Shown: piece by piece, positions 55,316 through 64,000 of the stretch
How positions within the stretch are numbered: position 1 is the stretch's first letter
Layout of the letters: each line of letters starts with the position of its first letter
From: an uncultured Candidatus Saccharibacteria bacterium
GTDB lineage: Bacteria > Patescibacteriota > Minisyncoccia > Phycocordibacterales > Phycocordibacteraceae
Length of the DNA: 64,000 nt
Reading direction: 5' to 3'
Assembly (NCBI GenBank): GCA_964607655.1
Contig: CAZSKX010000001.1
Coordinates: 147,434-211,433 of the forward strand
The notes under the pieces: model-generated
Databases searched by the model: none
Told to the model about the DNA's origin: nothing
Seen by the model: only the letters and a program-made list of their open reading frames with translations
Program-made: the position numbers and the translations under genes

Positions 55316-55448
55316 TCTGGGTATCCTCCAAAGGTCTTCTATAGAGGGGAACAGCCGAACCGAGACATAAGTTACCGGCGGGATAAGTTGTTTGACGACG
55401 GCATATTCTACACGTATCGTGATCCCAGATCAGGCAAAGGAGGTCAGA

Positions 55449-55661
55449 ATGGAAAAGACGGTGTCATTCACTGAGATTCCCAGACGGGAACACAAGAAGA
55501 TCTGTGATGAGCTTGCAGCGCACGCGCTGGTCTCGGTATCGATCAGGCGCCTCGGCTCGAGCAGGGGGATGCTCAGGATCGCTTCGGCGTTCCCTGCGGA
55601 GTTCGAGAAGGCTCGCGCCTGGATCCTCGAACGCTTCGGAGAGAAAGTCCAGGGCATCTGA
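55449..55661 (+). CDS. small hypothetical protein (70 aa)
   Basis: AAAGGAGG Shine-Dalgarno sequence before the ATG at 55449. Confidence 0.4.
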   Translation: MEKTVSFTEIPRREHKKICDELAAHALVSVSIRRLGSSRGMLRIASAFPAEFEKARAWILERFGEKVQGI

Positions 55662-55670
55662 AGGCCAATC

Positions 55671-55732
55671 GGCCGCACAAGGAAGGAACGACCCTCGGGT
55701 CTTCTCAAGACTTGTGCGGCCGTTCCTATTTC
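55671..55732. terminator. long bidirectional hairpin terminator
   Basis: GGCCGCACAAG...(inner GACCC-tc-GGGTC)...CTTGTGCGGCC followed by GTTCCTATTTCTCG. Confidence 0.7.
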
Positions 55733-56979
55733 TCGCGCAAACTTTTTGTACGGACGCGGCGGTGACGGGAGAGCGAGAAGCGATGTGCTTCAGAGTTAAT
55801 CAAGACCGCGTCGGCCTCAGACAGGTGTGCGCGCTTGGCGCCGATCACTTCGCGGGGGCGGTGTCGCTCGTCCTTCACTACCGCGACGACGGGGATCCCG
55901 AGGCCGAGCTCAGACAATTTCCCTTCAGCGGCCTTCTTGTGCGTTGCGCCGCCATCGACGACGATCACGCGCGGCGACTCCCACTCAAGGTGTGAGAAGC
56001 GGCGGGTGAGCAGCTCTTTGAGCGAGCCGATATCATCGTTTTTCTTGAAGCCACGAATATTAAATGTTCGGTATTCTTTCTTGATCACTTCCCCGTCTTC
56101 AAGCACGGTCAATACGCCGATCGCGTTCGTGCCGCTCAAGTGTGCGGTGTCGTACGCCTCGATTCGACCGTAGGCGGTGGCGGTGCGCAGCGCCTCGAGT
56201 TGCTCGTCTTTGATCAGGGACACGTCTTGCACGTGGTCGAGGGCATAGAGCTCACGACGGAGCGCCGCCGCGTCTTCGAAGCGCTCTGCCTTCGCAGCGG
56301 CCTTCATCTCGCGCTCTATCGCCACGCGGAGCGCCTTGCCTCGCCCCGAGAGAAAGAGTGCTGCTTTTCGTATCGTCTTGCGGTATTCGATCGGGTCGAT
56401 GGTGCTCGGGTACTGGCGTATCTGTTTATTGAACTCGATCTTGGCTTGGTGATGTTTGTTGGCTCTCGTCGCGTCTACTGGCTTCGCGGTGTCGAAGAAT
56501 GGAAAGATGCGTTGCAGGAGACGCAGGGCTTCCTTCAACTGTGCGCCTGATGGAAAGGGGCCGTAAATGCTCGCGAGACTCTGCCCCTCGAGCGTTCGCT
56601 TCGCCTTGAAGTCGATATTCTTACCTCGTATCGCGAGCACGCGCGGGATAGTCTCGTCGGTGATGACTGCGTAGAGGAAGCTCGAGTCGTCTTTGCCTAT
56701 CGCATTTGCGGGCGGCAAGTACTTCTTAATGTAGGACGCTTCAAGCACGAGCGCTTCGAGTACGGTTGGGGCACTCTCGTGCGCGACTCGATCAGCTCGA
56801 GTAACCATATCGACGATACGCGGCCCGCGCGTCGCGATCAGGTCATCGTCGAAGTAGCTGCGCACCCGGTCGCGCAGGCTCGTCGCCTTACCTACGTACA
56901 AGACCTTCCTGCCCTTCTTAAACAAATACACCCCCGGCACATCGGGCAGGTCTTTGGTTGACTTGTGGGCAATTTCCAT
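55726..56979 (-). CDS. uvrC: excinuclease ABC subunit C, short form lacking the C-terminal (HhH)2
   Basis: GIY-YIG domain LPDVPGVYLFKK...LYVGKATSLRDRVRSYF, UVR motif, RNase-H-like endonuclease domain; 417 aa. Confidence 0.8.
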   Translation of the reverse strand: MEIAHKSTKDLPDVPGVYLFKKGRKVLYVGKATSLRDRVRSYFDDDLIATRGPRIVDMVTRADRVAHESAPTVLEALVLEASYIKKYLPPANAIGKDDSSFLYAVITDETIPRVLAIRGKNIDFKAKRTLEGQSLASIYGPFPSGAQLKEALRLLQRIFPFFDTAKPVDATRANKHHQAKIEFNKQIRQYPSTIDPIEYRKTIRKAALFLSGRGKALRVAIEREMKAAAKAERFEDAAALRRELYALDHVQDVSLIKDEQLEALRTATAYGRIEAYDTAHLSGTNAIGVLTVLEDGEVIKKEYRTFNIRGFKKNDDIGSLKELLTRRFSHLEWESPRVIVVDGGATHKKAAEGKLSELGLGIPVVAVVKDERHRPREVIGAKRAHLSEADAVLINSEAHRFSLSRHRRVRTKSLREK

Positions 56980-56980
56980 A

Positions 56981-57009
56981 TTGACAAAGTATAAGTATTA
57001 TACTATGTT
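56981..57009 (+). promoter_or_regulatory. sigma70-like promoter TTGACAAAGTATAAG...TATGTT
   Basis: -35 TTGACA and a 17-nt spacer; the 15-mer is shared with 40995-41009. Confidence 0.5.
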
Positions 57010-57057
57010 AAACATGGTAAACAAGTCGGCCTGCTACAGAACACAAGGAGAACGATT

Positions 57058-57264
57058 ATGGCAGAAAGTCCGCTCGATGAGCTTGACAGACGCGACCGTG
57101 AACAGGCAGCGGAGATCGAAGAGGGGCTCTTCCCGCTGCTTCACTCGGTAGCCGACAGAGGCTCCACCATCAGGGACCCTACCGCTCGGCAGATCCTCGA
57201 CCGATGCCAGAAGCATATCAGCAAGATGCTCCACGGGAAGATGATCGGGATCGTCATCGACTGA
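57058..57264 (+). CDS. small hypothetical protein (68 aa)
   Basis: AAGGAGAA Shine-Dalgarno sequence; consensus promoter upstream and a strong terminator downstream. Confidence 0.45.
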   Translation: MAESPLDELDRRDREQAAEIEEGLFPLLHSVADRGSTIRDPTARQILDRCQKHISKMLHGKMIGIVID

Positions 57265-57275
57265 AGGTGGAGCTT

Positions 57276-57316
57276 GGCGGCGCGGAACCCCCACGGGGAC
57301 CGCGCCGCTTTTTTAT
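57276..57316. terminator. bidirectional intrinsic terminator
   Basis: GGCGGCGCGG-aacccccacgggga-CCGCGCCGC followed by TTTTTTATTT. Confidence 0.8.
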
Positions 57317-59949
57317 TTCTTCTTGCTCTTGTGGCGCTTGAGGAGCTTGGCGAGGTAATCGCCGGTGTAGGAGCCCTCAGTCTGAGCCACTTCTTCTGGC
57401 GTGCCTTTTGCAATAATCTTTCCGCCCTTCACTCCCCCTTCAGGGCCGAAGTCGATCAGGTAGTCAGCGCTCTTGATCACGTCGAGGTTGTGCTCGATCA
57501 CAACGACCGTGTTTCCACGGCGCACGAGCTCTTGGAGAATCTCGATCAGTTTACGTACGTCGTCGTAATGGAGCCCCACTGTCGGCTCGTCGAGCAGGTA
57601 GAGCGTTTTCATCGAGATCGGGCGGTAGAACTCGCTCGCGATCTTGACCCGTTGTGCCTCGCCGCCCGAGAGCGTCGTTGCGCTTTGACCCAGCGTGAGG
57701 TATTCGAGTCCGGTTGCGTTAAGCGAAGCGAGACGTTCAGAGATCGCGGGAATATCGTAGAAGAACTTCTCAGCTTCTTCGATCGTCATCTGGAGCACAT
57801 CGTAAATATTTTTCCCGCGGTAGGTCACCTCAAGGGTCTCTTTCATAAATCGCTTGCCCATACAGATGTCGCAGGTCACATACACCGTCGGGAGGAAGTG
57901 CATCTCCACGGCGACCATGCCGTTGCCCTGACAAGCTTCGCAGCGCCCTCCTGGGACGTTGAAGGAGAAACGGCCTGGTTTCCATCCTCGCGCACGTGCC
58001 TCGCTAGAAGCGGCGAATAGGTCGCGGATATGAGTAAAGGCTCCGGTGTAGGTAGCGGGATTGCTGCGCGGGGTGCGTCCGATTGGCGACTGATCGATGA
58101 GTACTGTGCGGCTGACGTACTCAGTGCCCGTGAGTGACGAGGCGTGTTCGAGCTTACTTTCCCGCTTGCTTTGGCGCGCTGCGATATTTCGGTGGAGCAC
58201 GTCGTAGAGGAAGGTCGACTTACCGCTCCCTGACACGCCGGTGATACACACGAGGCGGCCGAGCGGCACGTCGATGTTCTGATTCTTTAAATTATGCAGC
58301 GTAGCACCACGAACTTTGATCCACCCGTGTTCGCGAGTGCGGCGTTCCTCAGGGATCTCAATCGCCTTCTCTTCGCGCAGATACCCGAGTGTCGAGGAGC
58401 AGCTCTTGTTCTCCTTAGCCGTGAGGAGTTCTTCGAGCCAGCCGCTCGCGACAACGGTACCGCCGTGGGTGCCCGCGCCTGGGCCGATGTCGACCAGGTA
58501 GTCAGCGGCGTAGATCGTGTCTTCGTCGTGCTCGACGACGATGATGGTGTTACCGAGCTCCTTGAGGTGGAGGAGCGTCTCGATCAGGCGGTCGTTGTCG
58601 CGCTGGTGTAGGCCGATCGTCGGCTCGTCAAGGACGTAGAGTGCGCCCGTGAGCCCGCTGCCGAGCTGGCTCGCGAGGCGGATACGTTGGGCCTCGCCTC
58701 CAGAGAGGGTCGCGGCCGAGCGGTTAAGCGTGAGGTAGTCGAGGCCGACGTTGAGCATAAAGGTGAGGCGGCTCTCGATCTCGCGGAGGATCGGCGCGGC
58801 GATGTCCTTTTTCATCTCGGAGAGCTCGATCGAGTCAACGAATTCTTTAGCTTCTTTGATCGACATGCTGGTGAAGTCGACGACGTTATAGCCGAGAGTC
58901 TTGCTACCCTTCTGTTTAAGGTATACGCGCAGCGCTTCCTTACGCAGGCGCTTGCCCTCGCACTCACTACAGACCTTGTCGCTGAAGAGCGTCTCGGTAC
59001 CGAGACCGTTACAGGCCGGACAGGCTCCGTACGGAGAGTTGAAGGAGAAGAGTCGCGGCTCGACCTCGGGGAAGGAAGCGCCGTCCTCGGGGCAGATAAA
59101 CTTACTCGAGAGTGTCTCGATTTCGCCGTTCGCATGGCGTAACTTCACCAGGCCATCGGCCTCCTTAAGCGCGAGCTCGAGCGCCTCAGAGAGACGCTCG
59201 CGAGCAGCAGCGCTCGTGCGGATAAACTCGGATACGAAAATACTGTCGACGAGCGCGTCGATCGAGTGCTGCTTGTTACGATCGAGGACGATCTTCTCGC
59301 GAAGCGACTGTTCCTTACCGTCGATCACGACACGCTCGAACCCTTTACCAAGGAGGTCGTAGAGGAGCTGGTAGTACTCGCCCTTACGGCCCACCACCAC
59401 GGGCGCGTAGACCGTGACGGCGCTCTTGTCGACCGCGACCCCCATCACCTTCTCGTCTGTCTTGGAACGTTTCGACTCGATGCGATCCATCACCATCTTG
59501 ATCATCTCTTCCTTCGAGAGACGGACGATCGGTACGTCGTGATGGATACAGTAGGGCTGGCCGGCGCGTGCGTAGAGCACACGCAGATAGTCGTAGATCT
59601 CGGTAACGGTGGCGACCGTCGAGCGAGGGTTGTTAGAACGGCTCTTCTGGTCGATGGAAATGGCCGGACTAAGACCGTCGATCTGGTCGACGTCAGGCTT
59701 GGCCATCTGGTTCAAAAATTGTCGGGCGTAGGCCGAAAGTGATTCGACGTAGCGGCGCTGCCCTTCGGCAAAGATCGTATCAAACGCGAGCGATGATTTA
59801 CCGCTGCCCGAGACGCCAGTGATGACCGTCATCGCGCCGCGCGGCATCTCGACATCAATATTTTTCAAATTGTGGGTGCGCGCACCCTTCACCCGGATCC
59901 AGTCGGAGCCGTGTTTGTGCTTGTGTTCTTCTTTCGTGTGCTTCTTCAT
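57313..59949 (-). CDS. uvrA: excinuclease ABC subunit A
   Basis: Two ABC ATPase modules (GVSGSGKSSLAFDT...) and zinc-finger segments; 878 aa. Confidence 0.95.
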   Translation of the reverse strand: MKKHTKEEHKHKHGSDWIRVKGARTHNLKNIDVEMPRGAMTVITGVSGSGKSSLAFDTIFAEGQRRYVESLSAYARQFLNQMAKPDVDQIDGLSPAISIDQKSRSNNPRSTVATVTEIYDYLRVLYARAGQPYCIHHDVPIVRLSKEEMIKMVMDRIESKRSKTDEKVMGVAVDKSAVTVYAPVVVGRKGEYYQLLYDLLGKGFERVVIDGKEQSLREKIVLDRNKQHSIDALVDSIFVSEFIRTSAAARERLSEALELALKEADGLVKLRHANGEIETLSSKFICPEDGASFPEVEPRLFSFNSPYGACPACNGLGTETLFSDKVCSECEGKRLRKEALRVYLKQKGSKTLGYNVVDFTSMSIKEAKEFVDSIELSEMKKDIAAPILREIESRLTFMLNVGLDYLTLNRSAATLSGGEAQRIRLASQLGSGLTGALYVLDEPTIGLHQRDNDRLIETLLHLKELGNTIIVVEHDEDTIYAADYLVDIGPGAGTHGGTVVASGWLEELLTAKENKSCSSTLGYLREEKAIEIPEERRTREHGWIKVRGATLHNLKNQNIDVPLGRLVCITGVSGSGKSTFLYDVLHRNIAARQSKRESKLEHASSLTGTEYVSRTVLIDQSPIGRTPRSNPATYTGAFTHIRDLFAASSEARARGWKPGRFSFNVPGGRCEACQGNGMVAVEMHFLPTVYVTCDICMGKRFMKETLEVTYRGKNIYDVLQMTIEEAEKFFYDIPAISERLASLNATGLEYLTLGQSATTLSGGEAQRVKIASEFYRPISMKTLYLLDEPTVGLHYDDVRKLIEILQELVRRGNTVVVIEHNLDVIKSADYLIDFGPEGGVKGGKIIAKGTPEEVAQTEGSYTGDYLAKLLKRHKSKKK

Positions 59950-60009
59950 GGGCTTTAGATATAGGAGTTCCTGTCCGTGGCGGGACAGGTACAGAGTGAT
60001 TATACCACA

Positions 60010-62055
60010 CTAACTAAACATCTTCTTTTTTCGTTTTGGCTTCTTGGGGCCAGTACCCTCGAGCTTGTAGATCTCGTCGCGGATGAGGGCGGCGGTCTCG
60101 AAGTCGAGTTTCTCTACCGCGTCAGCCATCTCTTCCCTCTTTTGTTTAATAAATTCTTCAGGGTCGACTTTGTACGCGATCGTGTCGAGCGCGAGCAGTT
60201 CATCAATAGTTTTATCGTGCTCGCTGCGCATCGAGGCGGCGATGTCATGGATTTCTTTCTTAATCGTCTGCGGAGTGATCCCATGCTTCTCGTTATAGGC
60301 GAGCTGCTTGGTGCGGCGGCGATTGGTCTCGCTGATCGCCTTCTCGAGTGAGTCGGTCATCACGTCGGCGTAGAGGATCACGCGGCCGAGTACGTTACGC
60401 GCCGCGCGGCCGATGGTCTGTATAAGTGACGTCTCAGAGCGGAGAAATCCTTCTTTATCAGCGTCGAGGATCCCCACAAGCTCTACCTCAGGCAGGTCGA
60501 GTCCTTCGCGCAGAAGGTTTACTCCTACGAGGATGTCGAACTGGCCTTTACGGAAATTGGTCAAAATATCAATACGTTCGATCGTTTTAATATCCGAGTG
60601 CAGATACTCTGCCTTGATTCCCTTCTTGCGAAGGAAGGCGGCCAAGTCTTCAGCCATCTGCTTGGTGAGGGTTGTCGCGAGTGCGCGGCCGCCGTTCTTG
60701 ATGACCTTATCAGCTTCTCCAATAAAGTCAGCGATCTGGCCCGGATATTCACCTGCTTCCACGATACCGCGCACATCGAGCTCAGGGTCGATAAGCCCAG
60801 TCGGACGGATCACCTGTTCGACGATCTGCTCTGAATATTCCTTTTCAAACTTGCCGGGCGTGGCGCTCGTGTAGATGGTTTGCCCCACGCGCTGTTCAAA
60901 CTCTTCGAAGGTGAGCGGACGGTTGTCGCGTGCCGACGGGAGGCGGAAGCCGTATTCGACCAGGTTGTCCTTACGCGAGCGGTCGCCGGCGTACATCCCG
61001 CCGATCTGAGAGACGGTGACGTGCGACTCATCGATCACGGTGAGGAAGTCCTTGTCGCACTTCTTAAAATAGTCGAGGAGCGTATAGGGCGGCTCGCCGG
61101 GCGCGCGGCCGTCGAAGTGGCGCGAGTAATTCTCGATCCCGTTCGTGTAGCCAAGCTCGCGAATGCGCGCGATATCGTGCAAAGTGCGACGCTTCAGGCG
61201 CTCAGCCTCGAGTGGCTTCTCTTCGCGCTTAAACTTGGCGAGTTGCTCGTCGAGCTCGAGTTTGATGTCCTCGATCGCGCGTTCACGCTCTTCTTCGCCA
61301 GTGACGAAGTGCTTCGCCGGGAAGACGAATGCCGTCTCGGGCTCTGCGCGCAGCGCGCGCGTGACCGGATCGATCAGCTCAATGCGCGCGACGACATCGC
61401 CGTCGAAGGCGACACGATAGATCGCGCGTTCGTTGACTGGCATAAACTCGAGCGCGTTCCCCACTGCGCGGAACTGTCCTGGGTTTAAGTCAGCAGTCGT
61501 GCGCTCGAAGTAGATGGCGACGAGTTTACGAATCAGTCCGTGGCGCCCACCCTCGAGCTCTTCTCCCTTCGCGATCTTCACGTTCACCTTCTCGTACTCC
61601 TCGGGTGAACCGAGGCCGTAGATCACTGAGACCGAGCCGACGATAATCACGTCCTTGCGCGTCAGCAGCGCCTGCGTCGCAGCGTGGCGCAGACGGTCGA
61701 TCTCGGCGTTTATCATCGCCTCCTTCTCGATGTAGGTGTCAGAGTGCGCGATGTATGCCTCGGGCTGGTAGTAGTCGTAGTAGGAGACGAAGTAGTGCAC
61801 CGCATTCTCGGGGAAGAACTCGCGATACTCCTGCGCGAGCTGGGCAGCGAGGGTCTTGTTGTGCGCGAGCACGAGGGTCGGCTTGTCCGCCTTGGCGATC
61901 ACGTTGGCCATGGTGAAGGTTTTCCCCGTCCCCGTGGCGCCAAAAAGCGTCTGATGACGCATTCCCTGCTCGAGCCCCTCTTCGAGCTTCTTGATCGCCT
62001 CCGGCTGATCCCCTGCCGGCGGCCACTTGGTATGGAGTTTGAAGTTTCTTGACAT
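60010..62055 (-). CDS. uvrB: excinuclease ABC subunit B
   Basis: [17 protein letters not shown] helicase motif I, beta-hairpin region, C-terminal UVR domain. Confidence 0.95.
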   Translation of the reverse strand: MSRNFKLHTKWPPAGDQPEAIKKLEEGLEQGMRHQTLFGATGTGKTFTMANVIAKADKPTLVLAHNKTLAAQLAQEYREFFPENAVHYFVSYYDYYQPEAYIAHSDTYIEKEAMINAEIDRLRHAATQALLTRKDVIIVGSVSVIYGLGSPEEYEKVNVKIAKGEELEGGRHGLIRKLVAIYFERTTADLNPGQFRAVGNALEFMPVNERAIYRVAFDGDVVARIELIDPVTRALRAEPETAFVFPAKHFVTGEEERERAIEDIKLELDEQLAKFKREEKPLEAERLKRRTLHDIARIRELGYTNGIENYSRHFDGRAPGEPPYTLLDYFKKCDKDFLTVIDESHVTVSQIGGMYAGDRSRKDNLVEYGFRLPSARDNRPLTFEEFEQRVGQTIYTSATPGKFEKEYSEQIVEQVIRPTGLIDPELDVRGIVEAGEYPGQIADFIGEADKVIKNGGRALATTLTKQMAEDLAAFLRKKGIKAEYLHSDIKTIERIDILTNFRKGQFDILVGVNLLREGLDLPEVELVGILDADKEGFLRSETSLIQTIGRAARNVLGRVILYADVMTDSLEKAISETNRRRTKQLAYNEKHGITPQTIKKEIHDIAASMRSEHDKTIDELLALDTIAYKVDPEEFIKQKREEMADAVEKLDFETAALIRDEIYKLEGTGPKKPKRKKKMFS

Positions 62056-62098
62056 AAAGACTCTGTATTATACATCAAACGCATTTCGACGCATCCGT

Positions 62099-62908
62099 TT
62101 ATAGGGCCATCTCCTGAGTCTCTGCAGTTTCTTGATTAAAAAGAACGCGATGCTTGATAGAAATGATAGTATCGCCATTATTGTCTGTTCCTTCAACATC
62201 TCCAAACTCGAATACAATGGTGTTGCTGCTGCGGTCTTCGTGACATTGGATGTCGACTGGACCAAATGACCAAGTGTCGGCTTCTGGAGCTAGATTTGGG
62301 TACTTGGCAAATAATTCGAGCACAGGAGTGAAGCTTGGTACCGCATAGACAGACGCGTCAGCGGATCCATCAAGCGGAGTGTTGTAGCAAGTATAAAAAT
62401 ATTTTTCTGAGGAGGTGAAGGTGCCTGAACCCATGGGAATGTTCATGACTTCCTTGTTTTGTTTTATGTCATAGATATGGTGCGCACCTCCTTCCCAGAA
62501 TCCAATATAATATTCAAAATATGTCTGGGATGGGCTGAAATGAACGTACCCGAATTTTCCATCACGGACCTGACTAACGTTGTATGAAGTGGTAGCTATG
62601 CGAATTGGATGTGCTCCGGATACCGCAAGCCAGAGTTCTGTGGCTTGATCGTGAGAAATCGTATACACCCGCAAGCCGTCCTCGTCGTATAAGACTTGTT
62701 CTGCGGCAGTCATGGCTCTTTGATCCAATCGCTTCTCTGTGGTTGAAGCGGCGGTTGATAGTGGCGTAGTTGTCGCCGCATAGGGTACAGTTGCAATTCC
62801 ATGATTGTCATAGGCTAAAAAAGTTACAAAAGCGACTAACGCACTTATAAGAAGCAGTGATGTAAGATGTCTCCTCACCACGCTAGAGTTTAACAGTTTA
62901 CTTTGCAT
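62099..62908 (-). CDS. hypothetical secreted protein (about 43% GC)
   Basis: Start placed at MQSKLLNSS with a signal/TM segment LLLISALVAFVTFLA; overlaps the tgt 3' end by 11 nt. Confidence 0.45.
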   Translation of the reverse strand: MQSKLLNSSVVRRHLTSLLLISALVAFVTFLAYDNHGIATVPYAATTTPLSTAASTTEKRLDQRAMTAAEQVLYDEDGLRVYTISHDQATELWLAVSGAHPIRIATTSYNVSQVRDGKFGYVHFSPSQTYFEYYIGFWEGGAHHIYDIKQNKEVMNIPMGSGTFTSSEKYFYTCYNTPLDGSADASVYAVPSFTPVLELFAKYPNLAPEADTWSFGPVDIQCHEDRSSNTIVFEFGDVEGTDNNGDTIISIKHRVLFNQETAETQEMAL

Positions 62909-64000
62909 AATAATCCCTCTCAAAATCTTTTCGATACTCGGTGAAGCGGTCGTCGAGGATAGCTTGGCGGGCGTCGGAGACAAGCTTGAGAATAAAGCCG
63001 AGGTTGTGCTGCGAACAGATGATCGAACCAAGCATTTCTTTCGAGCGGATTAGGTGTGCGAGGTAGGCACGAGTAAAGGGCTCGGTGCCGGGGATAATGG
63101 TCTCCGGGTCGAGTGGGTTAAAATCGTTTTTAAACTTCTCTCCGGTGAGATGGATGATCCCTCGACGGGTGTAGATAGATCCGTGACGGCCGATTCGTGT
63201 TGCCGCAACGCAGTCGAAGAGGTCGATACCATTTGCAATCCCCTCTAAAATATCGCCCGGCTCGCCGATGCCGAGGAAGTGCTTCGGCAATTCTTCGGGC
63301 AACTCCCCCATTGCGGCTTGGAGCGCTCCGCGCATATCTTTCTTAGTAAATGAGCCGCCGATACCGATGCCATCAAAGCCTAGCGAAGCGATTTCTTTTG
63401 CACTCTCACGGCGGAGGTCTTCGTGCCGCCCACCTTGAACGATACCGAAAATAGCCTGTTTCTCACGTGCATTAATATTTTGTCGATGCGCCTTCAAACT
63501 TCTCTCGGCCCACCGGTGCGTGCGATCCATCGCCTCCTTTTGATACTCGTACGGCTCAGTCGGCGAGGTGCACTCGTCGAAGGCGAAGAACATATCGGCG
63601 CCCAAGGCGTGCTGGATCTCGATCGATCGCTCAGGGGTAAAGCGGTGGAGAGAGCCGTCGAGGTGTGAGGTGAAGGTGACGCCCTCCTCATCGATCACGG
63701 CCAGCTGTCCGTGCTGACTCGCGACGTCTTGGTCGTACACGGCCAGCTGCTCCTGCTTCTCGGTCGTCTCCCCTATCTCTCCTTTTGTAAACTTCGAAAT
63801 AGTTTTACCAAAGGCGGCACCGAGCGAGAATACCTGGAAGCCGCCCGAGTCGGTCATCGTGGGCCCGTCCCAGCCCATAAACTTCCCGAACCCCCCAGCT
63901 TGTTCGACGATCTTCTCGCCGGGCTGGAGGTAGAGATGGTAGGTGTTGGCGAGCACCACTTCGGCCCCCACTTGCTTGAGGATCTCAGGTGAGACACCTT
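62898..64000 (-). CDS. tgt: queuine tRNA-ribosyltransferase (N-terminus beyond the window end)
   Basis: LANTYHLYLQPG...LTDSGGFQVFSL and zinc-binding region; the frame remains open to the window edge. Confidence 0.85.
   Translation of the reverse strand, partial: GVSPEILKQVGAEVVLANTYHLYLQPGEKIVEQAGGFGKFMGWDGPTMTDSGGFQVFSLGAAFGKTISKFTKGEIGETTEKQEQLAVYDQDVASQHGQLAVIDEEGVTFTSHLDGSLHRFTPERSIEIQHALGADMFFAFDECTSPTEPYEYQKEAMDRTHRWAERSLKAHRQNINAREKQAIFGIVQGGRHEDLRRESAKEIASLGFDGIGIGGSFTKKDMRGALQAAMGELPEELPKHFLGIGEPGDILEGIANGIDLFDCVAATRIGRHGSIYTRRGIIHLTGEKFKNDFNPLDPETIIPGTEPFTRAYLAHLIRSKEMLGSIICSQHNLGFILKLVSDARQAILDDRFTEYRKDFERDYYAK

Noticed and set aside
1-64000. CRISPR arrays, rRNA genes, transposases or integrases
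   Set aside because: No regularly spaced direct repeats, no rRNA-like conserved stretches, and no DDE/tyrosine-recombinase-like ORFs were seen in any frame.

Overview
The window is 64 kb of a compact, gene-dense bacterial chromosome, about 58-60% GC overall, with a few shorter low-GC islets and one GC-rich insert. Stop/start overlaps are frequent and many genes have a TATAAT-like box 6-7 nt upstream of the ATG, which suggests leaderless mRNAs. Most of the content is housekeeping. It includes six aminoacyl-tRNA synthetases (TyrRS, TrpRS, an archaeal/eukaryal-type AspRS, GluRS, CysRS, class II LysRS) and ribosomal proteins L27, L9 and L21. The cell-wall genes mraZ-rsmH-ftsL-ftsI-murF sit on the minus strand and mraY-ftsW-murG on the plus strand about 21 kb away, with ddl separate. 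There is a lower-glycolysis operon (2-hydroxyacid dehydrogenase, gpmA, a truncated pyruvate kinase, eno), plus dnaB, recR, rmuC and all three of uvrA, uvrB and uvrC together. I found eight tRNA genes (Tyr, Glu, three Ala, Val, two Pro) and many hairpin intrinsic terminators. The short UvrC, the A-domain-only pyruvate kinase, the short-LID adenylate kinase and the abundance of nucleotide house-cleaning and salvage enzymes (NUDIX, HAD, HIT-like, NT5C, MazG-like, deoxyribosyltransferase-like, histidine phosphatase) are consistent with a reduced-genome, host-dependent bacterium, possibly Patescibacteria/CPR-like; this is inference only. Four regions look accessory or novel: (1) a GC-rich insert at 24.6-27.3 kb with an HNH endonuclease, a HIT-like gene and an NT5C-type deoxynucleotidase; (2) an islet next to tRNA-Glu at 31.3-34.3 kb carrying two nucleoside-deoxyribosyltransferase-like genes, GrpB and a MazG-like gene; (3) a locus at 39.25-41.2 kb made of four tiny transcription units, each with a near-consensus sigma70 promoter and terminator, including an exactly repeated 50-nt terminator-promoter cassette, small Cys-containing and membrane proteins, and a roughly 180-nt leaderless micro-ORF or sRNA; (4) a conserved ~100-nt structured element duplicated 3' of two tRNA-Ala genes. 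No CRISPR array, rRNA or recognisable transposase is present.
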